A stretch of 64,000 nucleotides of DNA from Mytilus californianus. Its lineage: Eukaryota. Both the position numbers and the translations under genes were made by a program. Under the pieces are notes generated by a model. It was not told the origin of the DNA, searched no databases, and saw nothing but the letters and a program-made list of their open reading frames with translations. Of this stretch, positions 40,961 to 54,700 are shown piece by piece; the first letter of the stretch is position 1, and every line of letters starts with the position of its first letter. The DNA lies in NCBI RefSeq assembly GCF_021869535.1, contig NW_026262672.1:5518001-5582000 (forward strand). The letters run 5' to 3'.

Positions 40961-42639
40961 TCAATAAAAAGGCGACGAAATATTATCTGTAGAGGAAGGT
41001 AGTCTTTTGATTGTATTTCATTATACACAAAAGTCAATCAAAAGATGAGTTTTCATGCAGTGTTTGATCTGTATTTTCAAGTTTCTTCCAAATTTCAACG
41101 TCCTGGTTTTTAGTATCACCTAAATTCATTTTCAGGGGTATATTTGTGTCTGGCTCTCCAACTATATTGTATTCTAGCAATGTCTGTTTTCCTAGACCAC
41201 TATCTTCTGAACTTTCTTTGATAAGCGAATAATAATAGCTTGTCCTCCTGGAAAGAGAAAAATGAACAATTAATATTGCATGTAAAAATAAACCTATCAA
41301 TCCGTTTTATTTTTATATCCACCAGAAGAGGAATGCCTTTTTTTTTCTTTTCTTTTTTTTTTGCTTGTTAATTGCAGTTTTACAGTAATTTGGACAAATT
41401 GTTTCTTTTTGTGTTTTGGGATACAAGTAGTTCGGACACATTGTTTCTTTGTCCTGTATCTACAAGGAGTTCTTGGTGATGCACATGTCACTAAATCTTT
41501 TTTCGCAATGTAAGTTGAACTATCTGCTACTATTCTAAGCTCTTCTGTAGAATACAGAAATTGTCTATATTTTGAAATTTAGAAGTGAAACTAGTACAAA
41601 TGTATGACTTTTCATAGAATTAGGGCGACACGTGTCGTTGTCATGTAAACACCAACGATGTCATAGGGTTAATTTGCAATAAACCATTTGGTTATCAATG
41701 GTCCATCAAAATAGAGAATGTTTCTGTTCTGCCCTGTTACATCTCGCTTTCACACTTCCAAAAGACTGTAGCTGAGAAAAACCCTCTAGTTTGAAGACCC
41801 ATTGATGATCTGTAACCATCTACATGTACCTTACACATATTTAAGGGTCATATCTTTGAAATTACATGTAAAATATAATATTGTTTATTAAATTAAATAT
41901 ATTTTAGTTTTAATATTCATGTACAGACAATTATCAATATATTTAACTCTGATATTTAACTGTTAATTTAAAATTATTGTGTTTACTTTGATTATTTATG
42001 ATGCAAACTACCTACCATACTTATATAATTATATTAATATTAACACTTAAAGCCTTACCACAGTAGTGGAAAGAAATTTTTGTTCATTTATGATCAATTC
42101 ATAATTAAAACCTGGGACAAAAAGTGAACAATAGTCCTAATATCTCCTTTTGTGCCATTCTGAACTCTTTCACCAACATAAATTCTTTCTAAAGATGAGT
42201 TGATGGCCATCAAAGACGGTCGGTCTTCCACTATTTGGACCTTCAAACAAATTGCTGTGTTTTATTTGACATACCTTCCGGTTAAATTAAAGGAATGAAT
42301 GCCAAGACACAACTGAACAACAAATTTATATCAACTTATAGTTTCATTCCTTTTAAAATCACACGGAAAAAAATATATACATACATTTGTTCATCTTTTC
42401 CAATTACTTTCCCCTGTCTATGCTCTTCCTTCCCTGCGCAACTCTTGCCAATTGGTAAATTTCCTTGATGCAGTTTGGAGCCCTTGTACTAAATGAGGTG
42501 CGTCGTCATTTTCAGAACTAGACGGACTTTCTGTCTGGAAAAGTATTGCTTTTTCCCAGTGGTCATCATCCTACATTCTCCTTTTCAACAGTTTCTGTTT
42601 CTTTTTTTTTTATATCATCCTGTTCTCCATGCACATCAA

Positions 42640-42855
42640 CGGGCTTTTGCATGTTTGTGAAAATTTTTGAGGCAAAACTGGATTCATGGCAAGTTGCCTT
42701 TGTTCATTTGTAACTTTTTGCTTATCATTATTAATTACAGCGTTGTGCATTAGAAGAGCCAAATCGACATACTCTCCTCTTTGAAATGTTTGTCTTAAAC
42801 TGACTTGCATGTCGTCATCAAGGCTAGGCGAGTAACTAGGTGTGAGTTTGAACAT
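42640..42855 (-). pseudogene. Possible DIRS/Ngaro ORF1 (gag-like) fragment
   Basis: QRGEYVDLALLM resembles a recurrent motif in tyrosine-recombinase retroelement ORF1. Short fragment only. Confidence 0.4.
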
Positions 42856-42859
42856 TGAA

Positions 42860-43630
42860 ATCCTTTATCTAACTGTGATATGCCATACACCGATTTTATA
42901 TCTAATATTAGAGAATATGTTTTTAATATATTGGCAAATGAATGGAGTAAAAAAGATGAAAATAAATTACATGAAATTAAACCTAAATTATGTAAACCTT
43001 TTCATACTTGTATGTGCAGAAAAGATCAGTGTGTTATTTCTAGATGCCGTAATGGTCATACTAGAATAACATATGAGTATCTTCTAAAAATTGAAGAAGA
43101 ACCATAATGTATATCTTGCAACTGCAAGTATATTATTAAACATGTCTTGACTAATTGTATTGACTGCTGATATCGTAGGAAGCATTTCAATGTCAATAAC
43201 ATGTATGATTTATTTGAAGTATAGAGTTCCAATTACAAATAGTGTTTCATTCTTAACAGAAGTTTGAATATATTATAAAAATGTTGTATAAATTCTAAAT
43301 GATTTTAATTTTTATCACGTTATTTTAGCGTTGAATTTTATTTGTAAATAAACAATTTTAAATAGACTTGAGTTTTAGTATTTTGAAGGACCTGTTGTCT
43401 GATTTTAAAAATACACTTTTACAGCTGACTATGCGGTATGGGCTTTGCTCATTGTTTAAGGCCGTACGGGGACCTATATTTGTTAATTTATGTGTCATTT
43501 GATATCTTGTGGAGAGTTCGTCTCATTAGCAATCATACCACATCTTTTTTATATTTAAATTGTTAAAATATTTCAATTAGCTATAGCCGCGATATAGCCT
43601 TTTTGCGCTAAGCCGGCGTAAAGCAAATAC
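42860..43630 (+). mobile_element. 3' fragment of an I-group (Nimb/Ingi-like) LINE, interrupted by another repeat
   Basis: W..DENKLHEIKP..VISRCRNGHTRITYEYLL..EEP*CISC..IKHVLTNC is a C-terminal CCHC region. A 3' tail GGCGTAAAGCAAATACTAATCAAT lies near 43600-43640. Confidence 0.7.
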
Positions 43631-46600
43631 TAATCAATACATAGATTTTCATTCCATTACATAATAGTTCGATACATAATAATATAGTGCATTACCTTAC
43701 ATAACATTAACATTACTATGCAGTACATTTCAATACATTATTACATAACATTGCTTTTACAATACATTAACATTTACGTAACATTACAGTACCATACGTT
43801 ACACTACATTAATATATTTCATTAAATAATATTACATTAAAAAAAAAACATTGCATTGCATTACAAATTAAATGAATTAAACGTTTTCGTAAAAATAACG
43901 TTATACACAGTAGTTTACTTTTCAACAAAAGTCTGTTCTATTCAAAGACAAAAAAAAAGCTCGACAAATTTTGTTATTTCCCACAGTAGAATCATTATTA
44001 AAACTTGAAATTAACTTAAAATATTTCTCTGGCAACGTTTGAATCCTTTACAAAAATGTAGGATTATTTAAAGTAAACAAGACTAAGATATATATTATTT
44101 TCCTGCAATATGCGATTTAATTTTTGTTTATAGACATGACTTCGATACCTTATAGAACATTTTTTATATGTTTGCAAAACTTATGTTCCGCTTTAATTTT
44201 GAAATGTTTACCAACATTTGATATTGATCCAAAATTATTTTCCTGCCATAAATGTTTATTAAATATTCGACGGAAAAATATGTTTTTCTACACTTTAAAT
44301 TTTTTTCACAGATTAATGTAACTTGTCAAAAGTTAAGATTGGTTTTCATAATTATTTGCTATTTAAGGTATTTTTCAAGAGCAATAGCAGATAACCAGTA
44401 AGTAGTATTATTTTTTTTCTTAAGTAAATGACTTGTTTCTTGGCGTAAATACAATAGTTAAATTTTGATTATTTAATATAACGCAAAATAAATGATTTAC
44501 AATATAGTCTTGATTTGCTCGCGATTTGAGTTTTTACACTGAATTTTATTTCGAAAAATTACAGGAATGTTTTACCAACTATATTCCATTAACATTATTT
44601 CAAAGTACAGTACATTACATGACATTATTAATTTATATTGCTTTAAAATGACATTGCATTACATAGCATTTAATTTACATTACATTAGAGTGCAATACAG
44701 TACGGAACATTACACTACATTATAATACCTAAAACAACATTACATTACATTTACATACATTGCATTAATTTGCATTTAAATACATTTATAATAACATTAC
44801 AAAAGATGACATAAAATTTACATTTTCATTACATTACATTACGCCACATGAACAACATGTATTCATATACACAAACAAGCGTAAATGCTTTCTTACAGAC
44901 ATACAATATGCTTTCTTACGGACATACAATTCATGCATACAAAGAACGGTGTTTGCAAATTAACATAAATGCATACTTGCATGCAAAATAACATTACATT
45001 ACATTTATATTACCTTACATTTACATAACACTTACATTTCTATTACATATACATTTACATAACATTTACAATACATATATATTACATTACATTATAATTA
45101 CATATACATTACATGACATTACATTCATATACGTTACATTACATGACAAATACATTACATTTCATAACATATACATGACATAACATAACACATACGTTAC
45201 TTTACATTACGTATACATTGACATACATTACACAACATAACATTACATATATATGCATTTGATTACATTTACCTTTCATCACACTAAATTTACATCGTAT
45301 TACATTAAATTACATAAACATTACATTTACATTAAATAACATTACATTTTCATTATGTAACATTACATTTCCATTATGTTACATGACATTTACAATACAT
45401 TAAATTACATTTACATTACATAACATTATATTTCAATTACATGACATTAAATTACATGCATTACATTACATTACACAAACTGGCATTTATTTACATTTAC
45501 ATTAACATTCAAACGACATTACATTACATTGCATTTTATATCATTACATTTGGATAATATCACATTTCATAACATAATATGCCATTACATAACATTACAA
45601 TCAATTGCATTACATTACATAACAGTACCATACATAATAAAACTGCAATACATAATATCATGATATATTTACATTATATAAAATTAACATAACAGTACAG
45701 TACACTGCATTATATTTCATTAACAAGATGGATGCATATATATATATACAAGCTTCAATGCTTTCTAAAGACTTATACCAATGCATGCAATACATACAAT
45801 CGATGTGCAAACTAACATAAATTTATACATGCATGCAAAAATACATAACATAACATAACATTACATAAGATTTACATTACATAAAATTTGCAGAGCATTT
45901 ACATTACAAACAGATATATAACCATACAGACATATATATTACATAACATATACATTACATATACATTGCTTTTCATTACATATACATGGCATTACATTAC
46001 ATACACTTTACTTAGACTTTACATTACATTACATGTATATTACATTACATTAAATTATATTATATTACTTATACATTACATAACACGACATAACATATAA
46101 ATTGCATAACATAACGTTACATATACATAACATAACATAACATATTCATTACATTACATAGTTTATATATTACATTACATAACGTCACATATGTGCTTCC
46201 TTACAGACATACACAAATTCATGCATATATAAAACGGTGTACATAAATGCAAACTTACATGCAAAATAACATTGCATTACATTTATATTATATTACATAT
46301 ACATAACATTAACATTTTTATGACGTATACATTTACATTCAATTTACATTACATAACATCATATTACATGCATTAATTAAATTACAGTAAATGATGTTTA
46401 TATACATTTATAAGACAGTTTTTTACATTAAAATTTATAACAACATTACATTACATTTACATAATATGACATTTCATTACATTACATAACATTACAATTC
46501 ATTGCATTGCATTATATTAAATAACATTACAATTAATAATGAAAATGTGCATTACATTACATACATTATATTTCCAAAATATAACGTAAATATTACTTTA

Positions 46601-47490
46601 CAATACATTTCAATACATTATTATTAAATATTTCTTTTATTCTTGATCAACAATGCATTAACGTAACATTTAAGTACATTATATTACAGTACAGTTCATA
46701 ACTTTACATTATATTTCATTAACAACATGCGTACATATACATATACAAGCTAAAATGCTTCCTTACAGACACACTACAATTCATGCTTATAATTTTTATT
46801 AACTATGTATTTGCATTCAGGTATCACAGATCAAATTCATTCGTTCATTGTGTGTTAATTTGCGTTTTTTGATTGAGTTAAGCCTTCCAATTGATATTTT
46901 TTAGTATGTCTTTCTATGTTGTGAGTTTATACTATTGTTTCAGAAAAGGGAGAAGGTTTGGAACCATTAAAACGTTTAATCCCGCTGCAATTTTTTGCAT
47001 CTGTCCTAAGTCAGAAATCTGATGTACAGTAGTTGTCGTCTGTTTATGTAGTTTATACGTGTTTCTCGTTTCTCGATTTTATATAGATTAGACCGCTGGT
47101 TTTCCCGTTTAAATGGTTTTACACTTGTAATTTTTGGGGCCCTTTATAGCTTGCTGTTCGGTGAGCCAAGGCTTCGTGTTGAAGGCCGTACCTTGACCTA
47201 TAATGGTTTACTTTTATAAATTGTTACTTGGATGGAGAGTTGTCTCATTGGCACTCATACCACATCTTCCTATATCTATATACATAGAAAGGGATATGCA
47301 AACTGAATAAATGTATACTTGCATGCAAAAACACTTTACATATCATTACATAAAATTTGCATAGCATTTACCTTACTAACATGTACATTACATTACATAT
47401 ACATTACATAAACATTGCATTACATTACATATACATTGCATTACATTACATATACATTGCATTACATTACATATATATTGCATTACATTA
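43630..47490. repeat. Degenerate (CATTA/CATAA)n satellite with recurring longer blocks; continues at 57600-58110
   Basis: Pervasive ACATT pentamers. The block ATG(T/C)GCTT(C/T)CTTACAGAC..TTCATGCAT..TGCATGCAAAA recurs near 44885, 45760, 46195, 46755 and 57975. Confidence 0.85.
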
Positions 47491-48804
47491 AAATAAAATT
47501 GAGAATGGAAATGGGGAATGTGTCAAAGAGACAACAACCCGACCATAGAACAGACAACAGCAGAAGGTCACCAACAGGTCTTCAATGCAGCGAGAAATTC
47601 CCGCACCCGGAGGCGTCCTTCAGCTGGCCCCTAAACAAATATATATATACTAGTTCAGTGATAATGAACGCCATACTAAACTCCAAATTGTACACAAGAA
47701 ACTAAAATTAAAAATAATACAAGACTGACAAAGGCTAGAGGCTCCTGACTTGGGACAGGCGCAAAAATGCGGCGGGGTTAAACATGTTTATGAGATCTCA
47801 ACCCTCCCCCTATACCTCTAGCCAATGTAGAAAAGTAAACGCATAACAATACGCACATTAAAATTCAGTTCAAGAGAAGTCCGAGTCTGATGTCAGAAGA
47901 TGTAACCAAAGAAAATAAACAAAATGACAATAATACATAAATAACAACAGACTACTAGCAGTTAACTGACATGCCAGCTCCAGACTTCAATTAAACTGAT
48001 TGAAAGATTATGTCTTCATCATATGAATATCAGGCACAATCCTTCCCGTTAGGGGTTTAGTATCATACCATCATAACATATATGAGAAGAACATAACCCG
48101 TGTCATGCCAACAACTGGTTTTTAAATAAATGTGTTTAGTGCCGATGCAAAGACCCTATAAGTGAATCAATATTAACGCCAAAATATGCAATCTTTAATG
48201 ACCTGACAACAGTATCGTAACTATATCCCTTCTTAATAAGTCTATTTAAAGGTTTTGTTAGCTTCAGAGGTGAATACTGACATTTTTGTGCTTTATAAAG
48301 AATATTTCCATAAAAAATTGGATGTGAAATACCTGAACGTATAAGAAGTCTGCATGTTGAGCTATATTTACGAATGATGTCCTTATACCGATGATAAAAT
48401 TTAGTAAATGTTTTGACTAGTTTGTGATATCGAAAACCCTGGTGTAATAATTTTTCAGTAATACATAAATTTCTCTCATTAAAATCTAAAACATTGTTAC
48501 ATACACGAGCGAATCGTACAAGTTGAGATATATAAACACCGTAAGATGGTGACAAGGGAACGTCACCATCTAAAAATGGATAATTTACGATAGGAAATGA
48601 AAAATCATCTCTTTTATCATATATTTTAGTATTAAGCTTTCCGTTAATGATATAGATATCAAGATCGAGGAAAGGGCAGTGGTCATTGTTAGTATTAGCT
48701 TTATTTAAAGTAAGTTCAACAGGATAAATTTCTTTAGTATACACACTGAAGTCGTCATTATTGAGAGCCAAAATATCATCCAAATATCTAAAAGTATTAT
48801 TAAA
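47490..48804 (-). mobile_element. Penelope-like element (Naiad-type, RT at the C-terminus): 3' part of RT and 3' UTR
   Basis: FNNTFRYLDDILALNN..CPFLDL..IYDKRDDFSFPIVNYPFL..SYGVYISQLVRFARVC. The ORF stops at 48136 with no downstream GIY-YIG. About 640 bp of 3' UTR follows. Confidence 0.82.
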
Positions 48805-50599
48805 GGAGAAGGTATGATAAGGGGCGTTTTTGGCCCCCTCTCAAAAGAAGCCTTAATTCATACCATTGTTAGCCTTAGTATAGAAACTTAAAAAAAAAAG
48901 ATTTTTTTATGTTCCGGTTAAAAGAAGTGAGTAATCCTTATCTTTTTTTACTAGGTTTATATTATATAATAGAATAAGCACATAAGAATTGCTGTATCTG
49001 TACAAATAACCATATTTCCAGATAAGATGGTTGGTTTGAGAATAACTTGAAGTTACAAATGAATAGTCACTTTAATTTGAGTTTACAAGATCCTTTGTAA
49101 CAACCTAACAACAGAAATATTCCCTAGCAACGGTTATTTAAAGGTGATTTTTGTCCTCTTGAGTATAAATCTAGCAATGTTTGTGTTCATATAATGGTGT
49201 TACATTATAATACAATTTGTGAGTAATCCTTATCTTTTTTTACTAGGTTTATATTGAGCATAGCAACACAATTGTTGCTTAGCAACAGCATAAAATATCA
49301 AATTAAAGCTTACTGCAAATGAAGTAGTCATTTTATTGTACTAATAAAAATAAATGCAAAAACAGAATGCATGTTCGAGAATAACAATTGGTAAGAATTG
49401 AAAATATCAGTATAATTTTAGCTCTATTATATAAATGCTTGACAACAACGAAGCAACAGAAATAGCGCATATAGCAACGGTTAACATTTTATAAGATACT
49501 AGTATGTTACAGGTGTTTTTAGTCACTTTCTTTACATAACTGCATAATAGTTCATTATAAATCTTTTCATAGAGCATTTTTTTCTCACATGAACAGTTGG
49601 TTGCCTAGTAACGGATTTTACTAATTAAAATACCATAACATATCATTTTTTTGTGCAATTTCTCTTTGAAATGGCTTTGAAATATTTAAAATGCAGTAAG
49701 TGGTGTCAAATGCTTAAAATTATCAAGATGAATATTTAGTATGCATTGCGTTACAGTAATAGCTTCAATCTAGTAATGACCATGGTCCCTAGAAACCACT
49801 GAGGACTTTATTAGGCAATATGAAAATCTTAAGTAACGGCTTGAGTTTGCTTTTTGTAGTTCTAGTTATCAACATCATGTTTATATTTACCAGTATTTCC
49901 TTAGCAACAACAGCAAGTCAGATAGGGAAGTGTTTGAACAAACATATTAAGATACTTTTCATGAGTATTATTATTTTAATTTGTACCATCTTATATTCTA
50001 AACTTAACTTTTCAAAATCAACAGAAATAATTTTCTATTGGTCCAAAAAGGTAATGTTTTCGACTTATACTAGACTTATGAATTCAGTGGGTATCATGGA
50101 AACACAAAATAGATTTAATACTTGACTATTATATAATAGCGTTCGACTTTTTTTTGTGTTATTACATTTAAAAAGCAGTCTTTTCTTATACAAAATACAA
50201 CAATCTCATGTAAGTTAAATGTATACGAACAGCATTTTGTTTCATAGCCTGTTTACTCCTTATCGTCTGAGAATTCGATATACCAATTTTAAGTACACCG
50301 AAAATTATATAAAAATCTTGTTTAATAACATTTGCATTGACAATAGAATTCAATAACATGAATAAGTTATGACCATTTCATTTTAGAAAAGTTATTTAAC
50401 TACAATATAATGACCAAATCAGCATGATTCGGTAAATAATGAGAACAAGGCATTAGCTGTTTGTAAATGCTCATAAAAATATGTGAATTAATGAATTATT
50501 TGGACATTTTCTTAGCAAACAGAATTTTAATTAAGTTTATGCTCTAAAATATAAGTGAAGAGTAGCTGTCAAATACACACAGTTTGTATTATATTTATT

Positions 50600-52700
50600 T
50601 TACTCCTCTGGCAAAGAATCACAGTCACTTTCATCAGAACTAGGTATGTGAGATGCATCTAAGACGGATGTTTTAAAGTCTCCCCTTGAAACAGACTGCT
50701 GTTCAAGTCTTTGATACCCTAGATTCCACAGCACACTTGCAACGTGTGCACAACAACCAACTATTCGTGCTCCCGCTTTGCATGTACAATACCATCCTTC
50801 TATACCTCCTTCGTCACTGTAACTTATAAAGACAGTATGGGAAAGTTTGTTACTGTGTCTTGATTGTATTTTAATTTTGAGCAGGTTTTCTTTAATTTTG
50901 CACACATACATTTCAAATTTTCCATCTTCACCCTCATGTTCTCTGACATAATTAGGGGCCTGTTTAAGCTGATATACCCCCATGGTTATTTCTCGTAATT
51001 TCTCCATACTGAGAACGGGAAAATCAGTTATTTCATCTAGAACATTTGATGCATCAACTAATTTGTAAATGGTACGTTTTGTTAATAAACCTTCTTCCGT
51101 CACCATCTTTTGGATTTCATTTCCACTTTTACATTTTTCAAGCATGGCTTCAGCAATACTTTTATCATCAGGGTGTGTAGTAGCAAGTGGTGGGCGAAAC
51201 TTATTACAAACAGCACATACAATGCGTAATAGATCACCAATGATTGGAATAAAATGGTTTGATACTACTTTGTCAAAAAATCTCCATTGCTTGACACGAG
51301 CATTTACACTTTCAACCACCCATCTAACTTTGGTGACTAGTCTACTAGCGTTAGCTTCTTCTACCGGGTGCTGTTTGGACCCTTTTTTAAGGTAAACGGG
51401 CATTTCTAAATTCTAGCCTTGCTCCCTTAAAAAAGTCTACCACGTCTCGGAATCCCCGGTCTACAACACAAACATCACTAGTCTGTAGCCATTCATTCAT
51501 TCCTTCTGCATTGACAGAAATCATATGCTTCGTGATTGCTGCATCATTATTTTTTCCGTTTGCAAAATATGGACCCAGAACTGACAGGATATATCCATCA
51601 GTTCCAACAACAACCATTGGTTTGACTAGAGGTCTGTTTTTATGAAGGCTGTATGACAACCTCTGGAATTCATAATCAGAGCTTTTTTGAAGGTAGATAT
51701 AAGTACCGTCCATGACAATAATTGCAGCATCTTCGGAATCATTGGCAAACAGAGTTTTAGCTATTGGAGTGGTGTGATTCCGAACAAAATCTTCGTGGCT
51801 TATATGTTGAAACCCAATAAAATGTGGTACAAAATCCTGCATAAGAGAAACTCTGGCACTATGAATGCATCTTTGCACCTGGCTTTTGGTTAACGAAAAT
51901 ATTGTTCCAAGTATATGGTTTGGAAGTCCTGTCCTTAGTTTTGTTAACAAGACAGCTATACATGTGCGTACAGACCTAACATTGGTTTGACGTGCTGAAA
52001 CAATATATGAGGAGAGTTCATTGAATTGCTGCTTTGATAATCCAGTTAGATTGTAATAGTCACCATCAGATAATGATAATGGGTTGTCAAAATTCAGGAT
52101 ATGAGAGTTTGCCAAAGTTTGTCTTACATTTTCTAATAATGAAGTTATATCAGAACGATTCATATATGTTGTAGTGTATTTTGCAGTTAATGCTTGAAGT
52201 GACGTGTTGTCGAAAAGTTGTTCAGATAAATGGTGTTTGCAACAGCGTGTATTCCCATCTATAAAAACGGCATTTTTTATAAAGGCTTGGGTTCTTGCCT
52301 GTAAAGGAACTTTGCATAACTTGTTTCTACTGCTACCTTCCTTCTTGCATACAATGCAGAATCTATGTGATGTGTGAGTGGAAGAAATGTTCAATTCAAT
52401 TTGTTTCGGACTTAATATTTTCGTAGATACGGCTTCTTCTATATTTATAACAAACTCAGAGTCACTGTCATCTGAAATACACTCGAAAAGACAGTTTGAA
52501 ACTTTCTGTTCATTGTTTACACTTTTTAGTGTTTTCCTGTATATTGCTCTACACTTCTCACATACATGTATCACATCATTTTCTTGAATGTTTCGCTCAA
52601 TTCTTTTCTTTACAAACTGTTTCAGTGCTTTAGTGGTGATTTTACGCCTGGATTTTAGATGACATCTCCCACAAACAACACACTTGTAGTCTTTAGCCAT
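50600..52700 (-). pseudogene. DDE_Tnp_4-type transposase with N-terminal Cys clusters and a C-terminal SWIM-like finger; frameshift and TAG near 51405-51435
   Basis: IIVMDGTYIY, VVDRGFRD, RWVVESVN (D-D-E) and YCTCKAGARIVGCCAHVASVL. Splice acceptor at about 52710. Confidence 0.88.
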
Positions 52701-53699
52701 CAGTCACCTGGAAAAATGTAAAAAAATATTATTGATTAATTTAAAACGTAAAAATATATCAGCATATAAGATAAGATAAATTTTATTTCCCATAGAGGAC
52801 CTTTTAAGGGCATAATCAGTATAATGAGTTTTATATTAAAAAATTACAATATAGATAGTACACACAATAAACCTCATAACATGAAATATAAATGAGTTAA
52901 TAATATATGTAGCCATATAACCAATAATGTTTAGTGTTTCTTGACCATGCACCAGAAGCAGCATTACATCCATTACAAAAATAGCTTTTATTAATGTTCT
53001 AACACTTTTTATCACAACATACATAAATAAAAATCAGAAAGGGTTATTATATAGTCCTCCTCGAAGATATATATAGTGCTCATGAACAAGGTTTTTATGC
53101 AGAAGTCACCTAGGGTAGGTCCTTAAAGGATATACATTGTAGTTACATGTTTTGTAAAGTTTTTGTGCAATGAGAATATTTGGATTTAGATGCAGCCTCT
53201 AGCGCAACTTGTCGCAATGCTCACTCTGATAAAAAAAAATACAAAAAATTAAATAGAAAACACAAACAATTGTTTAATCAGAAATAACAATGTTAAAATG
53301 AAAAATAGACAATATAAGCTTAGTTTTTAAAGGAGTTTACTTCATTAAAAAAAAAATATATAGCATTCAGAAAATTAGTTTTTACAGAATAACAAACAAA
53401 CTTGCCACAAAATTCTACAAACAATTTACCAAAGAAAAGAAGAAAAAAATCCAAAATTTTATTTATCATTAATACAATGTCATTTCAAAATCTATAAAAC
53501 TTATCAGTAACAAGAAATAATTGTAACAGAATGCTGTTACGAAGTCTCCAAAACAAAGCTCCAATAATTCGTCATTCCCATTGTCGATTGACATTGGGCA
53601 ATGTCCAGTACAAATTGGTTTATGATATGCATAAGTGACGCCTATGGATATACCCTGTATGTCATTCAAATCTTCTTGAAATTACGAACAGGAATTTAT

Positions 53700-54700
53700 A
53701 TGGTTAAAGGGGGGGGGGGGGGGGATCCCCAGGGGACTCTCCCTTTATTTCATATGATTTGTTTTTTTGTCCCTAGCAAGAATATATATGGTTTAGGGGT
53801 GGGGATCTCGACCGTTTACAAGTTTTTAAAGAGGAGGGGGTGGGGGTGACCCCAGGGGACTCATCTATATTTCTTTTGATTTGTTTTATGGTCCCATACA
53901 AGAATATATATGGTTCCGGCGTGGGTATCTTGACAGTTTACAAGTTTTCAAAAAGAAGGGGGGTGGGGGTTACCCCAGGGGATTTCCCCTTAATTTCATT
54001 TGATTTGTTTTATAGTTCCATTCAAGAATATATATGGTTTAGGGGTGGGGATCTAGACCATTTACAAGTTTTCAAAAAGAAGGGGGGTCGGGGTGACCCC
54101 AATGGACTTCCCCTATATTTCATTTGATTTGTTTTATTATCCCATACAAGAATATATATGGTTTAGGGGTTGGGATCTCGACCGTTTTCAAGTTCTCAAA
54201 CAGGAGGCGATGGGGGTGACCACAGGGGACTCGCCTTTTATTTCATTTGATTTGTTTTGTTGTTACATACAAGAATATATATGGTTTCAGGGTTGGGATC
54301 TTGCCCGTTTACAAGTTTTCAAAAAGTAGGGGGTGGGGTGAACCCGGGGACTCCCCAAATATTTCATTTGATTTGTTTTATTGTCCCATACAAGAATATA
54401 TATGGTTTAGGGGTGGGGATCCAAACTGTTTACAAGATAAAAGCACATTCTCAAATTGAAACCATATATATTAAAAATGGCGATAACTCACAAAGGAGAT
54501 ATACTAATATCTTGAAAATTGAACTAGACCTTCATTAAGTCCGAGGAAAGAACATATTTAAATTTGAAAAAAAATTGTTAAAGCGTTTTCATGTTATTCT
54601 GCTGACAAGCTATTTGGCAGCCGCCCGTAGATCCGCCCAGCCGCCAGCCGTATGTCACCATTTTAATAACCGATATTTCCTTTGAAAATCCGGTTAAAAA
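53700..54700 (-). mobile_element. HINE-like element with an internal array of about 118-bp units, nested in the Spy-like element
   Basis: Six units containing CAAGAATATATATGGTTT. The minus strand starts TTTTTAACCGGATTTT..ATCGGTTA followed by GGCG repeats. Confidence 0.7.

Larger units (their letters stand above)
15019..41062. mobile_element. Giant (26 kb) CACTA/EnSpm (CMC) DNA transposon
   Basis: Left end CACTGCACCAAAAATAGTCTTTCGATGCGACT; reverse complement of the right end CACTGCATGAAAACTCATCTTTTGATTGACT (about 24/32 identical). TTT on both flanks. Subterminal arrays at both ends share TGTCAAA(A)GG. Contains an EnSpm-type transposase. Confidence 0.85.

Noticed and set aside
40202-41002. Cys/His-rich ORFs in several frames
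   Set aside because: These are translations of the 42-bp subterminal array.
41034-42650. Minus-strand exon-like segments (41034-41300, 41297-41570, 42420-42640)
   Set aside because: They have in-frame stops, no recognisable homology and could not be chained with consistent phases.
45888-47705. ITYTLHY-type ORFs
   Set aside because: These are translations of the CATTA satellite.
47970-48040. SECIS element or hammerhead in the Penelope-like 3' UTR (ATGATGAAGAC..GTCTGGAG on the minus strand)
   Set aside because: The helix is too short and the AA spacing is wrong for SECIS. It has no C3 or GAAA for a hammerhead.
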